Shown one piece after another: positions 12,864 through 25,979 of a DNA stretch of 64,000 nt (the stretch's first letter is position 1; each line of letters starts with the position of its first letter). The position numbers were made by a program, and so were the translations under genes. Below the pieces are notes generated by a model, which was given only the letters and a program-made list of their open reading frames with translations, searched no databases and was not told the DNA's origin. Source of the DNA: Antechinus flavipes (Eukaryota); NCBI RefSeq assembly GCF_016432865.1, contig NC_067398.1, forward strand, positions 550,560,001 through 550,624,000, read 5' to 3'.

Positions 12864-13572
12864 TGAGTTCCTCTTAGGCTACTTGATATAGAGGCAAAAT
12901 TATTTTAATATTGTAATTACTTTAAATTTAATTTTACTTTTATGTAAATGTTTGTAAGATTCTTCCTTTAAAGTGGAACATTTAAATAATGAAAACATGC
13001 ATTGTTAAAAAAATAAAATATTTTGATATGTGACTTGGGCATTTTCATTCTCTTAATTCTTCATTGTAGAATCTGTTAGATTCTATATATCTTTTGAATT
13101 TTTAAAATAGATCTTTGCAATAAATCTTTTAGCATTTTAAAAATGTTAACATTTGCTCATTTTTTGCATTATAATTATATTTCTCACAGAAAATCTCAAT
13201 GTAAGAGTATAGAACTAGAAATTCTACAGACTCAATTTGAATGGATACTAATTTTTTTGAAATCTTTTTAACCTCTTTCTTAAGAATATAACTGATTTAA
13301 AATAGTCTTATTTTGATATTTTGCTTTAAGTTAATCATCTCAAATTATTAGTTATTTTAACTCTTTTTAAGAAAAAGAGTACCCTTCTTCCCACCATCCC
13401 TAGTAGTTATATACAATTTTGTCAAAATTTCTGAAATATCCCTGCCAAAAATCAGTCACTTAAAATTCAGGTCATTAACATGCATGATGCTGTCCAGTAC
13501 ATTAAGGTAAAGCACCAAGTTGAATGCCATTGTGTAATGTATACTATAATTTTTTTTTTTTTTATTCTCTAG

Positions 13573-13763
13573 AGTTCGGCAATTTATAGAAATGGTGAAT
13601 GGTACTGATAGTGAAGTAAGATGTTTAGGAGGTCGGAGTCCAAAGTCTCAAGACAGTTATCCTGTTAGTCCTCGACCATTTAGTAGTCCAAGCATGAGCC
13701 CCAGCCATGGAATGAATATCCACAGTTTAGCATCAGGCAAAGGAAATGCCACACATTTTTCTG
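13573..13763 (+). CDS. RANBP9: RANBP9 exon (~9, 191 nt): [17 protein letters not shown]...GKGNATHFS
   Basis: ttctctag acceptor, G|gtgagg donor; ORF 13592..13837. Confidence 0.97.
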
Positions 13764-13949
13764 GTGAGGTTCATTTAGAAAACTTAATATTTTGTTTTTC
13801 CGTATATTTTTTAATAAGTGGGTTAAAAATACCATAAAATATTTTTCAGAAGGTTTCTTTTGAAAATAAACATTAAATGCTGATTTTTAGCCAGTTGGTT
13901 GATTTCAAAATGGTAAGAATTTGATGACATTTGTTATTATGGATATGTT

Positions 13950-14110
13950 TTATATAGATTTGGAATCAGGAAGATCTAGTTTCAAATTCCACCTCAGATA
14001 CTTAGTTCTATTACCCTACATAGATCACTTCATTCCTCTGTACCTCAGTTGCCTTAGTTAAAAAAAGGGAAAGGGGGAGGGATTAGGCTAAATGGCTTCC
14101 AGTATCCTTT
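13950..14110 (+). mobile_element. MIR fragment
   Basis: ggaatcaggaagatct...ctctgtacctcagtt. Confidence 0.6.
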
Positions 14111-15078
14111 CAGATAGTAAATATATGCTTTCATGTTTCTGAGCTTTTTATTTTTGAGGGGAAGAAAGGGTTGAGAGTGAAATGTCTAAAGGAACATTAA
14201 GATATAAATTATCATAAAACTTAGTTGAGTAGAAGTGACAATTTCTTGGCTTCCCTCTCCTCTGTCCCCTAATTTGCAAACCTTTATTTTTTCCCCTTGT
14301 ATCCCTTCTCCTTAGTGGATGGGGAGGGAAAGACCCTTGTAACAAATATGCATAGCAAACAAAACATTCACATTGCCCATCCAAATACTATGGAGGTTTT
14401 TCAGTTTTCATCTGAAATTTGACCATCATGTAAGTGGGCCAAACTTTTTAAGAATATGGATTGTCAGTTAGGAAGCATTTTCAAGTTAAAGTGTTGGGCT
14501 TGTTCTGAAAGTAGTAATTAAGGCTGAATTTTGTTTTTCCATACATTTTGTACTAATGAGCAAATGGCAGGGAACATCTAACTTATGTTATAGTATAATC
14601 CACTAGAATTCATAGTAAAATGCCACAGTGCAAATCTACTTTAAGCATATATATCTTTTGAATAAGTTGTCATGTGTTTCACTTGAGAATATGTACCAGT
14701 ATATATGTTCTAATACAAGTTCTGATACATAGTAAACTCGCTCACAATAAATGTTTGAATTTTTTCACCCTTCTTTTAAAAGGTTTGAATTTATTAGCAA
14801 AATCAATTCTATTTTGTTGTAAGTAGCTCAGTTTCTACTCAGTATGTAATCTTTTTGTCCTTAAATAGATTTTGTTATTTAGTACGGTATCTGGCATATA
14901 GTAAATAATTAATGCTTTTTCACTTATTTGAGATTTTTATTGTCTTATGCATTGTGACTTAACACAGATTGTAAAATGTTTTGCTAATTTAGTTTAGACT
15001 CTGACCACATGAATAAATTAAATAACTTTTTTCTTTTATTACTAAATCTTTTTTCTTTTTTTTTTTTAATAACTTTAG

Positions 15079-15223
15079 GTTTTGAAAGTTGTAGTAATGG
15101 AGTAATATCAAATAAAGCACATCAATCTTATTGTCATAGTAAACACCAATCAACCAGTTTAAATGTCCCTGAACTGAATAGTATAAATGTATCAAGATCA
15201 CAACAAATTAATAGCTTCACCAG
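15079..15223 (+). CDS. RANBP9: RANBP9 exon (~10, 145 nt): GFESCSNGVISNKAHQSYCHSKHQ...QQINSFT
   Basis: actttag acceptor, AG|gtaagc donor; ORF 15009..15227. Confidence 0.96.
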
Positions 15224-16236
15224 GTAAGCAATTGCTCTAGGCTTTTTGCTTAATCTCTAGTAGCAACATAATTAAAAGTCTTAGGTGAAGATCTATCTGG
15301 GATCTCGACCAGACTAGGCTGCGGGCATCTAGATTCAGGAAAGAAGAAGAAAAAGAGCATGCGATTGGGGAGGTTGGATGAGAACTTGGTCCTTTTGGTT
15401 CATATGTCTATTGGCAAAGAGAGAGTCAAAGTCATAGTGAACCCTTAGAAAGTTTAATTAACTAAATGAAGTAGTTACAATTAGGCCTTGGATATACACG
15501 TTGGTAATACTGTTTCTGTGGGAAAATGTTTCATGGAATACAGCAAGAACCTGATCTAGCATGGGGAATTTAGAATGATTAAGCACTCAAATAGAAAATA
15601 TACTAAAAAACAAATTGGATAACCTAGATTCTAGTTCCAGATTGATCCTGAGTAGAAAAGAGACATGTCCTGCCTTAATACATTAAGTTCGAGATAGCCA
15701 TGAAATATTTGATTAGGTATCCTTAAATAGATCAATAGATAAAGGAAGGGAAAAAACGGAATGCATTATTTTGAGAATTCTAAACTAAATAAAATTGGAA
15801 ATTTGGGAATCAGATTTTTTCACCATGGAAAGGTACAATTATAAAGGATAGTTTAAAATCAAGGTTTGATAGTGCCATGGAATTTAAGTGGCTTAGGAGA
15901 GGGAGAGGGTGCTAAAAGAGGTCTTGAAGAATGAGACTAAGTAGAAACCTGAAAACTTGACACTTTTTTTTTTTAAAGCACTTTGAGTGTATTTTAGAAG
16001 AAGGTAAAAAAAATTGGGCTATAGTGAGAACATTTTGAGGAATTCAAGCAACAAGCAGTTCAGTGATTTCAGTATTGAAAACACTGTTGAATAAATTTAG
16101 GTATACACATGAGAAGCAAGTAGCTTTATGAGGCTGGACTTTTAAGAAGAAGATAATTTTTTTCCCACTGGTGTATTGATTATTCTGAGGATTGAATGAA
16201 AATATATGTGAAAATACTTTGAAAAAGAAAAAAAAC

Positions 16237-16735
16237 ATGCTATTCTTTGATTGCACATTGAGTCTCCAGAGTTCTCTCTGGTTGTGGTTGGTGCTTTCCA
16301 TCCCAAGCCTCTTAGAACTGCCTTGAATCACTGCATTGTTGAAAAGAGCCATATCCATCACAGTTCATCATCACATAATCTTGTTGGCTATGATTCTATT
16401 CACTTCAATCACATCAGTTCATGTAAGTCTCTCTAGGCCTTTCTGAAATCAGCCTGCTCATCTTATGAAACAATAATATTTCATAATATGTCCCCTAACT
16501 GGTGGGGATTTACTCAATTTCTGTTTCTTGCCACTTTTACAAAAACTGCTGCTACAAACATTTTTTGTACATGTGGGGTCCCTTTCCCTTCTTTGAGATC
16601 ACTTTGGATACAGGCCCAATAAAGATACTGCTGGATCAAAGAATATGCAAAGTTTCATAGCCCTTTGAACATAGTTTGCACATTGCTCTCTCCAGAATGG
16701 TTGGATCATTTCATCATCCACCATCAATGCAGGCT
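16237..16735 (-). mobile_element. L1 3' fragment (ORF2 end / 3' UTR)
   Basis: ctgctggatcaaagaatatg, ctctccagaatggttggatc: typical reverse-strand L1 motifs. Confidence 0.8.
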
Positions 16736-16869
16736 AAATTTCTTTTTAAAGTTGTTGTGCTGTATTACTTTATAAAGTAACGTAAGTATGGTTGAGCAAG
16801 AATGTATTTATTAAAGACTTTTTGCCAATATGGTATTTCTTGTAATTAGTTTTGTTTTTCATTTTGCAG

Positions 16870-16991
16870 CAATGATGTAGACATGGAAACTGATCACTAT
16901 TCCAATGGAGTTGGAGAGACTTCCTCCAATGGTTTCCTAAATGGTAGCTCTAAACATGACCACGAAATGGAAGAATGTGACACCGAAATGG
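16870..16991 (+). CDS. RANBP9: RANBP9 exon (~11, 122 nt): SNDVDMETDHYSNGVGETSSNGFLNGSSKHDHEMEECDTEM
   Basis: ttttgcag acceptor; weak donor G|gtctgc is required to join in frame to 18540. Confidence 0.94.
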
Positions 16992-18520
16992 GTCTGCAGT
17001 GATATTTGTTGTATTTTTAATAAAAAATGGTAGCTATGAGGTTATGTTTTTATTTATGCTCATTCACAAGTGATAAAACAAATTGAATTTGCAGATGTGA
17101 TTATTTGGATTTTAAAGACATGTAGTTTATCTGGATTTTTTTGAGGGGGATTAGTAGAGGAAATTGAAGAATGCAGAAGTTAATTAATCATTCTTTTTCA
17201 AATCCTTTGGAAACCAGATGTTTTTAAATTTTCCTTTTTAAGTAATTTGGAGCTATACCTAAATGATTTATTTTTCTGGATAAAGTTATTATAGCTATTA
17301 GCAGTAGTGGAAATTTTCAAATTAGTGTTAAAATCTTACTTATGTGTACAGGTAGGGGATGTGGAAAGTCCTGTCCTGTTTATTTAGATAGAGTCCTGAA
17401 GTCAAAAGTTGAATAGAGACAGTTTGTGTTGGCTTTTTTTTTCCCTCACCGAACTGAACTCCATATAATTGAGCTGTCATTCTAAATCTTAAAAGCATGC
17501 ATAATTACACTGTTCTGTTACTTTATATTGCAAATAGTAACACACAGTTCAGTGATTCAGAATTCTCCACAGTTGGGAGAGTTAAAATTATTGAAGCTTT
17601 TAAATGATTTATTCAGCAGAAACTCCATGGCAGCACTGGATTTCTTCAGTGTGTTGAGGTAAACACATTTATTCAATTGTTAGTAAAGAAACAAATGTTC
17701 CTAGAGTTTTTATAAGGAAATGTACTTTATAAATGCAACAATGTGTTACCTTTTAAACATAAATTTGTTAAAGCTATATATCTTTTTAAAGCAAAAAAAA
17801 AAAATTAGTTTCAAAACATTTGCAACTTTTATTCATGTTAATGATGGAATCAGTTTTGCAAGAATATATCTTATTTTTTAAAATGATTCAGAAATTCAGA
17901 TAATTGTTGTAGAACCATTTTGGAATGTGAATTTTTTTGTTATTGAGGTATATGGCCCTAGTAAAAGACTTAGTGAGGTTGTTTGAGGGTAAGTAGTCCA
18001 TCTCTTGTTTTCGAGAAAGAAGTTTTATTTTACTTAATGTAACCTTCTTAATTTCATGGCACTTGGGGACTTTAAAAGTACAATTTTCCATTATGCCTAA
18101 GTTTTACTCTTCTGTGCCCTCTTATAATTTACCTGTATGGATATCTTAAGCTTTTCTGACTTGGAAAAGGTGAAGACAGCATTAGAAGCACAGCACACTA
18201 TTATAAGCTGCTCAGGGGTTACACAGAAATTAGTAACAAAATTGAAAAGGGATTTAAGCCTCTTTGTCCTTCATTTCATGCTTATCCACTGGATTTCTTA
18301 CTGATTTTATAAATGGATAAAAAGGTACCTGTGCAACTATAAAGCTAGACATAGATGTTAGACTTCATTAATATACATTTCTTAATTGAAATATAAAGTA
18401 TATTTCAGAGTAAAATTGTCTTGATTTTTAATATATATGAAGAGAGAAAGAGAGAGAAGTCTTTTTTATTAGGGTAGTAATACGTTTAATTTTTTTTTTT
18501 TTTTGTATTATTACTGATAG

Positions 18521-18860
<340 letters not shown>

Positions 18861-19349
18861 AGGAAAAATGGTTTCTCATATTTTATCTTGGCTGTCAGGG
18901 TGGGGAAAACATTATAGTTCAAATTGTTGGTAAGTTTTTTAAAATCTTAATGATATACATCCTACCCTTATTTCACCCCCTTAGCTGAGAATAAGAAATG
19001 GTTTTAGTGGGGAATATTCACAATTTTAACAGGTTAAGAAAAGAACTGTTTGATTTTTTTTTCAAAGAAGGAATATTGGTGAAATAGAGGACTTAAGATG
19101 TTAAGACTTTTAACTAAACCCTCTTTCATTAGGAAAATATTTTAAAATGCATAAATTATCTAGTTGGAAGATAATGATCAAGTGGGCATAGTACCCTAAT
19201 ATAAATTTATATCTTGTTTGAGTTGTGTTAATAGGTTTGGCCCTTAAAAGTACAGGAGTCATCTGAGATTATACTGACTTTGTAAAGTTTTGATGGTCTT
19301 GTGAATCTTTACAAATTCTATCTCAAACCTATGCGAACATGAAGAACAC

Positions 19350-20600
19350 AACCATATTGGTGCCATCACTTTGATCTCATCATTTCCATTCATCATATCC
19401 TTTCAGTATCATCCCTACTCTCGTCTACTTTCAAGGAATTGACTGATCCTTGTCAAGGCCAATCCTCATAATTGTTCCTTTGACTCCATCCCATTCTGTC
19501 TCCTAAAAACTTAACCCCCACTTATGTTGTCCACTTTCTTTCATCTTCAGTCTCTATTTAGTGGCTTCTTTCTTCCTACAGGTCTTCCCCAAATGCAAAA
19601 AACTTATACTTAACCCTGCCATCCTTTAAGTTATTGATTCTATCTTTTCTTTTTTTCTTGTCAGACTCTTAGAGAAAGTTATCCAGACTTTCTCATTTTT
19701 CATGAATTTTCAAATTGGCCATCCACTTTTTGAGATTGCACTTTTTGAAGATACTAGTGATAGCCTATTTGCTAATAAATCCAGTGGTCTTTTTTTGAGT
19801 CATTCTTCTCAATCATTCTGCAATTGCTGACAATGTTGGCATCCTGCCACTTTATATGCTGTCTGCTCTCTAGTTTTCTCATCAAGTTTCCTTTGCTAAA
19901 TATTATTCATGTCCTCCCTTCTTTTTCTGTTTGTACCCCAGGGACCTCTGTTGTTGATTTTGTTCTCTGTTCTCTAAATTCTCTATTTCCACATGATTAA
20001 CAAATCTATATATTCAGACCTCAATTTTTTCTTTTGAGCTCTTTATGATTTATCAACCTGCTAGATGGACATTTTTACCTAAATGTCATTATTATTCTTC
20101 CAGTAATCTAGTTTTGTGGTCTACAAGTTCACCCTTCATTCTCCCTTACTCCCCATAAGCAGTCTATTGCCAAGTCTTACATTTCTACCTCCATAGTAGT
20201 CCCTTGCATCTGTCACTTTTTAATTTCTATTCAGACCATAACCACTCTCCTTGTGGCTTTTGTCATCACATACCTGAACTACTGCAGTGTCCTCTTGTTT
20301 GGTCTCACTGAATCAAGGCTCTGATCTTATTGAGTCGTCTATATAGCTGCCAAGCTATTACTCTTTCAGTGATTTCTAATGCATCTAAAAACAAATACAT
20401 TTGGCATCTTTTATAATTTAAGTCTTCACATTCTGGTTTCAGCCAATCTTTTCTTATTGATTTCATCTTATTTCCCTTCATGTACTCAGTGCTCCTGCCA
20501 AATTGTCAATTTGTTCTTTTCTGTTTGTGGCAACTACATTTCCCACTCTGACCTTCTTTTCCACAGGCTGTTTGCCCATACATACAATGTTTTGTTGCTT
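19350..20600 (+). mobile_element. L2 remnant (approximate bounds)
   Basis: aaggccaatcc, aaatccagtggtctt, acctgaactactgcagtgtcctc: L2 motifs. Confidence 0.65.
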
Positions 20601-20620
20601 CAAAATCTTTAGGTTGTTTT

Positions 20621-23556
20621 TTTTTTTATTTTATTTTGTTTATTTAATATTTTTCCTCAGTTACATTCCAAACAAAATTTTTTTTTGCACATGTTTTTTA
20701 AAAGTTTTTGAGTTTTAGGTTCTTCCCCCTTATCTCTACCACAATTAACAAATCATATGTGGAATTATGCAAAACATTATAAAAGTCAGGTTGTGAAAGA
20801 ATACATAGATGTCTCACCCTAATGAAAAGAAGAACCCTCAAGAAAATATTAAATTAAAAAAAAGAAATAGAGAATGCTTTGATCTGTATTCAAACACAAT
20901 CATTTCCTTCTCTGGGTACGGATAGGATTTTTCATCATAAGTCCTTCAGAGAAGTGTGGATGATGGTACTGCTGAAAATAACAAAGGCATCCACAACTGG
21001 CCAACCCAGAACATTGCCTATTACTTTGCATACAGTACATTTGACTTTGCTTGTGTTCATGGAGTATTTTCCAGGTGGTGGTAGTAGTGATGGTGGTGGT
21101 GGTTCTTTCTGAGAGCATCCTGCTCATCATTTCTCATAGAACAATAATATCCTATCACACACACATATCACAGATCCATTTCCCAATTAATAGGCATCCC
21201 CTCAATTTCCAATATTTTTGCTCTGAGTAGAAAGCTGCTGGGAATATTTTTGGTACATATAGATCATTTTCTTTTTTCTTTTTTTTTTTTTTTTTCCTGA
21301 ATCTCTTGGTATTCATGACTAGTAGTGGTATTGTTAGGTCAAAGGATAAACATGAATTTATATCCCTTTGGGCACAGATCATATCTTTTAGTCATTTATC
21401 AATTTGGGACATGACTCTTTTTATAAATTGGACTCAATTTCCTCTATATTTGAGAAATGAGGCTTTATCAAAGAAACTTGCTTCAAAATTCTTTTTTACA
21501 ATTACTATTGCTAACTGTGTTTTCCCCTCCCCCCACTAGCTCTTTTTCTCTCTCCTTTCACCTTGTCCCTCTTCAAAACTGTTTTGCTACTGACTATTCC
21601 TTCCCCTAATATGCCCTCTCTTTTATTACCTCCTCTTTTCCATATCCCATTCCCCTCCTGTTTTCCTGCAGGGTAAGATAAATTTCTATATGCAGTTTCA
21701 GTATGTATGTTACTTCCTCTTTGAGCCAATTTTGAGAGTAAGATTCATTCACTCTTTCTTCTCCCTCTTCCCCTCCACTATAAAAGCCTTTTCTTTCCTC
21801 TTTTTGTGACAGAAAATCGCACCATTCTACATCTCTCTTTCCTTTTCTCCCAGTACATTCCTCTCTCACTTTTTAATTTCTTCATTTTTTAAAAAGATCC
21901 CTTCATATTCACATATCCCTTCATAACTTACCCCGATGCCTTCTGTGTATATATACTCCTCTTAACTCCCATAATAATGTAAAATTCCTAATGAATTACA
22001 AGTATTGTCCTCCCATATAAGAATGTAAACTGATAAACCTTATTAAATCCCTTATGATATTACTATGTATAAGTTGCTAAGTCTTGTGTTATTCTAACTG
22101 TGGCTTCACTATACTTGAGTTATTTCTTTCTGGATGCTTATAATATTTTCTCCTTGACCTGGGAGTTCCAGAATTTGGCATTCCTGGGAGTTTTCATTTT
22201 GGGATCTTTTTCAGGAGGTAATTGGTAGATTCTTTCCATTTCTATTTTACCCTCTGATTCTAGAATATCAGGAGAGTTTACCTTGATAATCTCTTTTAAG
22301 GTGATGTCCAAATTATTTTTTTGATTATTACTTTCAGGTAGACCAGTAATTTAAAAATAGCTCTCCTGGATTTATTTTCCAGGTCGGTTGTTTTTCCAAT
22401 GAGAATTTAACATTGTTTTTTATTTTTTCAATTTTTTTGGTTTTGTCTTATTATATCTTGATTTCTTATGAAGTCATTAGCTTCCATTTGCTCAATTCTA
22501 TTTTTAAGGAATTATTTTTATCAATGAATTTTTGTACCTCCTTTCCCAATTGTCCAATTTTGCTTTTTAAGGCATTCTCATTAGCTTTTTTTTGTATTTC
22601 CTCTTGCATCTCTTCTCCATTCTTTTCCTAATTTTTCACTCTTTTATCTTATTTGATTTTCAAAATCCTTTTTGAGCTAAGACCAATTCTTATTTTTCTT
22701 GGAGATTTTGGATATAGGAGCTTTGACTTATTTTCTTCTGAGTGTGTTTTGATCCTTCTTGTCAGTACAGTAAATTTCTATGATCAGAAACTTTTTTCTA
22801 TTGTCTGCTCATTTTCCTAGCTTATTACTTGGCTTTTAACTCTGTTAAAGTAGGGCTCTATTTCCCCTATCCCAAGCTTTAGGGGTTTGTGCAGCTGTTT
22901 TCAGAGCTCCTTCTAAAGGACCTGACCACTGATGCCCTGGAGCTGTGAGGAGTGTCCCTGTCCCACTGTAGCTGTAAAAGTTGGTGTGCTGTCCAGGGCT
23001 GCACTGGGACTACATGCCGGACTCCCACTCTTGGCTGACCCTCTGAGTCCTCTCTGGTGTCTTCCAGACTGAGTTCCAAAAGCCTCTAGCACCTGATTCA
23101 GAGGTCCTACCTCGCTGATGCTGGGGTCCGGGACAGGGGTGGAGCAGGGCTGGGGCTGCACTGAGGTGGTTTGTGCTGGGATTGCATACTGAGATACTAC
23201 CCTGGTTCTATAGATCTTTCTTCTTGACTTTCCAAGTCCTAGTGTTTCCGAGTTGAGAGGTCTGGAAACCACCAGTACTGCCTATCTGACTCTGGCTGGA
23301 GTTGGACCAGGGCTTGATTGGGGCTGGGTGGTGCAGTCTGGGCTGGGATTGCTTGTGGGCTTTCCCCCCTAGTGTCATAGACCTCTTCCTCTGACTTTCT
23401 AAGTTGCCTTTGGCTGGAAAATGTTCTATTCTGTCTTTTTGAGTGTTTTGATGCTCTAAAATTTGTTTAGAGTCATTGTTTAAAGGAATTTGGACAAGTT
23501 TGGGGGAGAAATTGGGCAAGTTCCTGCCTTTACTCTACTATCTTGGCTCTGCCTCT
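20621..23556 (-). mobile_element. L1 with 5' UTR, decayed ORF1 and 3' end but almost no ORF2 (internally deleted / HAL1-like), ~2.9 kb
   Basis: 5' end gaggcagagccaagatagtagag; ORF1 ATG at 22812 (MSRQ*KKFLIIE...KAPISKISKKNKNWS); poly(A) near 20620; degenerate TSD 20607-20620 / 23557-23569. Confidence 0.8.
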
Positions 23557-24397
23557 CTTAGCTTATTTTAAAGAACAGCTTCAGAGTCCATATTTAAAGA
23601 CAGACTAGCTTCATCCAGTCCAGAACTTAGTGCTTCTCTTATTATTGCTTTGTATTGACTTTGTGTACATTTTGTATATTTACTTAACTATGTACTCACT
23701 TCTCCCCAATAGAAGACAAACTTTATGAGGGCAGGAGCAATCTATGTATTACCTACCTGTTTTTATACTAATGCATAGAGTAGATACAAATGAAGTAATT
23801 TGTTTAAATTGTTGAATTTAATTTAGTTTTGAATCGTCACTGTGTTACTTCTTTCTTGAAAAGAAGAGGTCTGATGTATCAAGAATGAAAATAATGATTT
23901 TCTTTTGGGAAAAATATCTTTTTCATCACTTAATTTTCTTCCTTTCTTTCCTACTTAGTAATCCATCTTCATAAGAAAGAATTAAAAGTAGTGAAGGGAA
24001 AGGAGATCATAAACAGTCAACATATGAGCTGACTCATATCTATAGACCCCAGCCCTGCAAGTGAAGGGTAGACGATACATTTTTTCAGCTTTTCTCTGGG
24101 ACCAAACTTTGTCTTTATAACTATATACCATTGAACTTTTTTTTTTCTTTCCGTGTATTATCTGTCTTTGTCTGCCTATCTGTCCTTTCTGTTTTCTCAT
24201 GGTTCTAATTATATCACTCTTCATCAGTTCAGATGTTCTTAAATTTTTGTCAAATTCTTCATAATGCTTTTTAAGGTGAGGTGCAGTAGTCTATTATATT
24301 CATGTACTAAAATTTTCCTGGCCATTCCCCAGCTGATAAGCATCTTTGATTCTAGTTCTTTATTAACCCAAAAAGCATATTTTGAAATAAAAATTTC

Positions 24398-24401
<4 letters not shown>

Positions 24402-24445
<44 letters not shown>
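24402..24445. repeat. (CA)n microsatellite
   Basis: Direct reading. Confidence 0.95.
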
Positions 24446-24446
<1 letters not shown>

Positions 24447-24959
24447 CCTTTCAGTCTTTGACAGAAAGACAAGGCTAGGGTAAAAGATAGTTACTTTTTT
24501 TTTTAACATTATTTTTTAATATAATTATAAATTGCTTATAAAAATCAACAGAAATAGCATTTATGTGATTTTTGTTCTTTGCTGAGTTTTTTACATGTAT
24601 TATTTTAATTCATTCCCATAGTAACTCTGATTTATAGATGCTGTCATTAACCTCATTTTACAGATAAGGGAATAGACTGAGCACGGTTAAGTGACATGTC
24701 CAGCTAACATGGCTATAAGTAATTTTTTGTCTATATGCAAATGATATTAGTAGCTGAATTGGCTCTGGGTTGTGAGAGATGGAAAGCAGCTTAGGCTTCG
24801 GCAGTGCTGGGGAGGGTAACAAGGATTGGTCAAAAAAAGGCCCAATTCCCCAAGGAATTTCTAATTTAAACTAATATACTTTAAACTAATATAATAATAA
24901 ACTAATATTTATTGAATAATAAACTATTCAAGGAAATAGTTCAAGGTTATGCAAGAAGC

Positions 24960-25260
24960 TACTAAATTCTATAGTCTTTCGATCCAGACATTCCACTATT
25001 AGGTATATCTCAAGGAAGTTAAAAGCAGAAACAAAGATTTATTTATGCATTATTCCTGAATTAAATATTAATAGTAACACTTTTTGTGAAAGTGAAAAAA
25101 AAAAAAAAACAACTACAAATAAAGTGAGTGTCAGTCGATTTGGGGGAGTTTTTGAATAAATCATATCTAGAATATTCTTAATGTTATTTTTATTATGCTT
25201 ATAAGAAATGATTAAATATGTAAAGATAAAAAATGAGAATATTTGTGTGACTTGATGTGT
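24960..25260 (+). mobile_element. Old L1 ORF2 3' fragment
   Basis: gatccagacattccactattaggtatat...: L1 C-terminal region pattern. Confidence 0.6.
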
Positions 25261-25864
25261 AGCTTAGGAAGCAGAACTTGGCTAGGAAGATTTCAGTAAT
25301 GTAAACAAAAGATCACTAAAGCCAAACAAAAATCTAAATACAAAATTTTCAAGAAAAAACAAAATAGAAAAGGAAATAAAGACAAAATAGAACATTGTCA
25401 TGTGCCCAACAGAACATCTGGGAGGATTCAGTATATGTAACAATAAATTCCCATTTCAAGAAAGCATATGTAATAAAATGATTATATTCATGACTGTCCA
25501 TCTTTACTTCCCCAGTAAGTTATTCTTTTGTTCTCTGCTGTGCACTTTTTAACTTAATTCTTTTTTTCCCTGTCAGACATGCATCTAAAACAATATTGAT
25601 ATGGCCAACAACATTGATATGGACGACACATAAATTTCTCTCTTGATTGACTCTTTGACTTTGAGATCAATGAGTACTAGCCGTACTTTTTTTTTTTTTC
25701 ATTGTACTTTTGATACTTGTTCTTGTGTTTATGTATGTCTGTCTCTTATTCTTTTGTTCTCTGCTATGTACTTTTTACTTGATTCTTTTTTTTTTCTCTC
25801 TCTCTTTTTTTTTTTTTACCCTCTTCTCTTCCATGCAGGCTACAGTTAAGTGTGGATATATTTA

Positions 25865-25965
25865 TACACACACAAACACACACACACACACACACATATC
25901 TATCTATCTATCTATATATGTATGTATATATATATATACACATACATATGTATTAACACATACAT
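25865..25965. repeat. Compound (CA)n/(TATC)n/(TA)n microsatellite
   Basis: Direct reading. Confidence 0.9.
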
Positions 25966-25979
25966 AGAGATATCTGAAA

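Noticed and set aside
13764-13870. Read-through of RANBP9 exon 9 to a stop at 13837 followed by AATAAA at 13865
   Set aside because: The donor GTGAGG is adequate and AATAAA is frequent in this AT-rich DNA; much weaker case than exon 11
17601-17665. Possible 40-43 nt cassette (ttcagcag...gag|gtaaac) in RANBP9 intron 11
   Set aside because: No pyrimidine tract and a mediocre donor; not supportable without RNA data
22879-23519. ORFs of 66-119 aa on the minus strand
   Set aside because: Fall in the GC-richer L1 5' UTR; not ORF1, which starts at 22812
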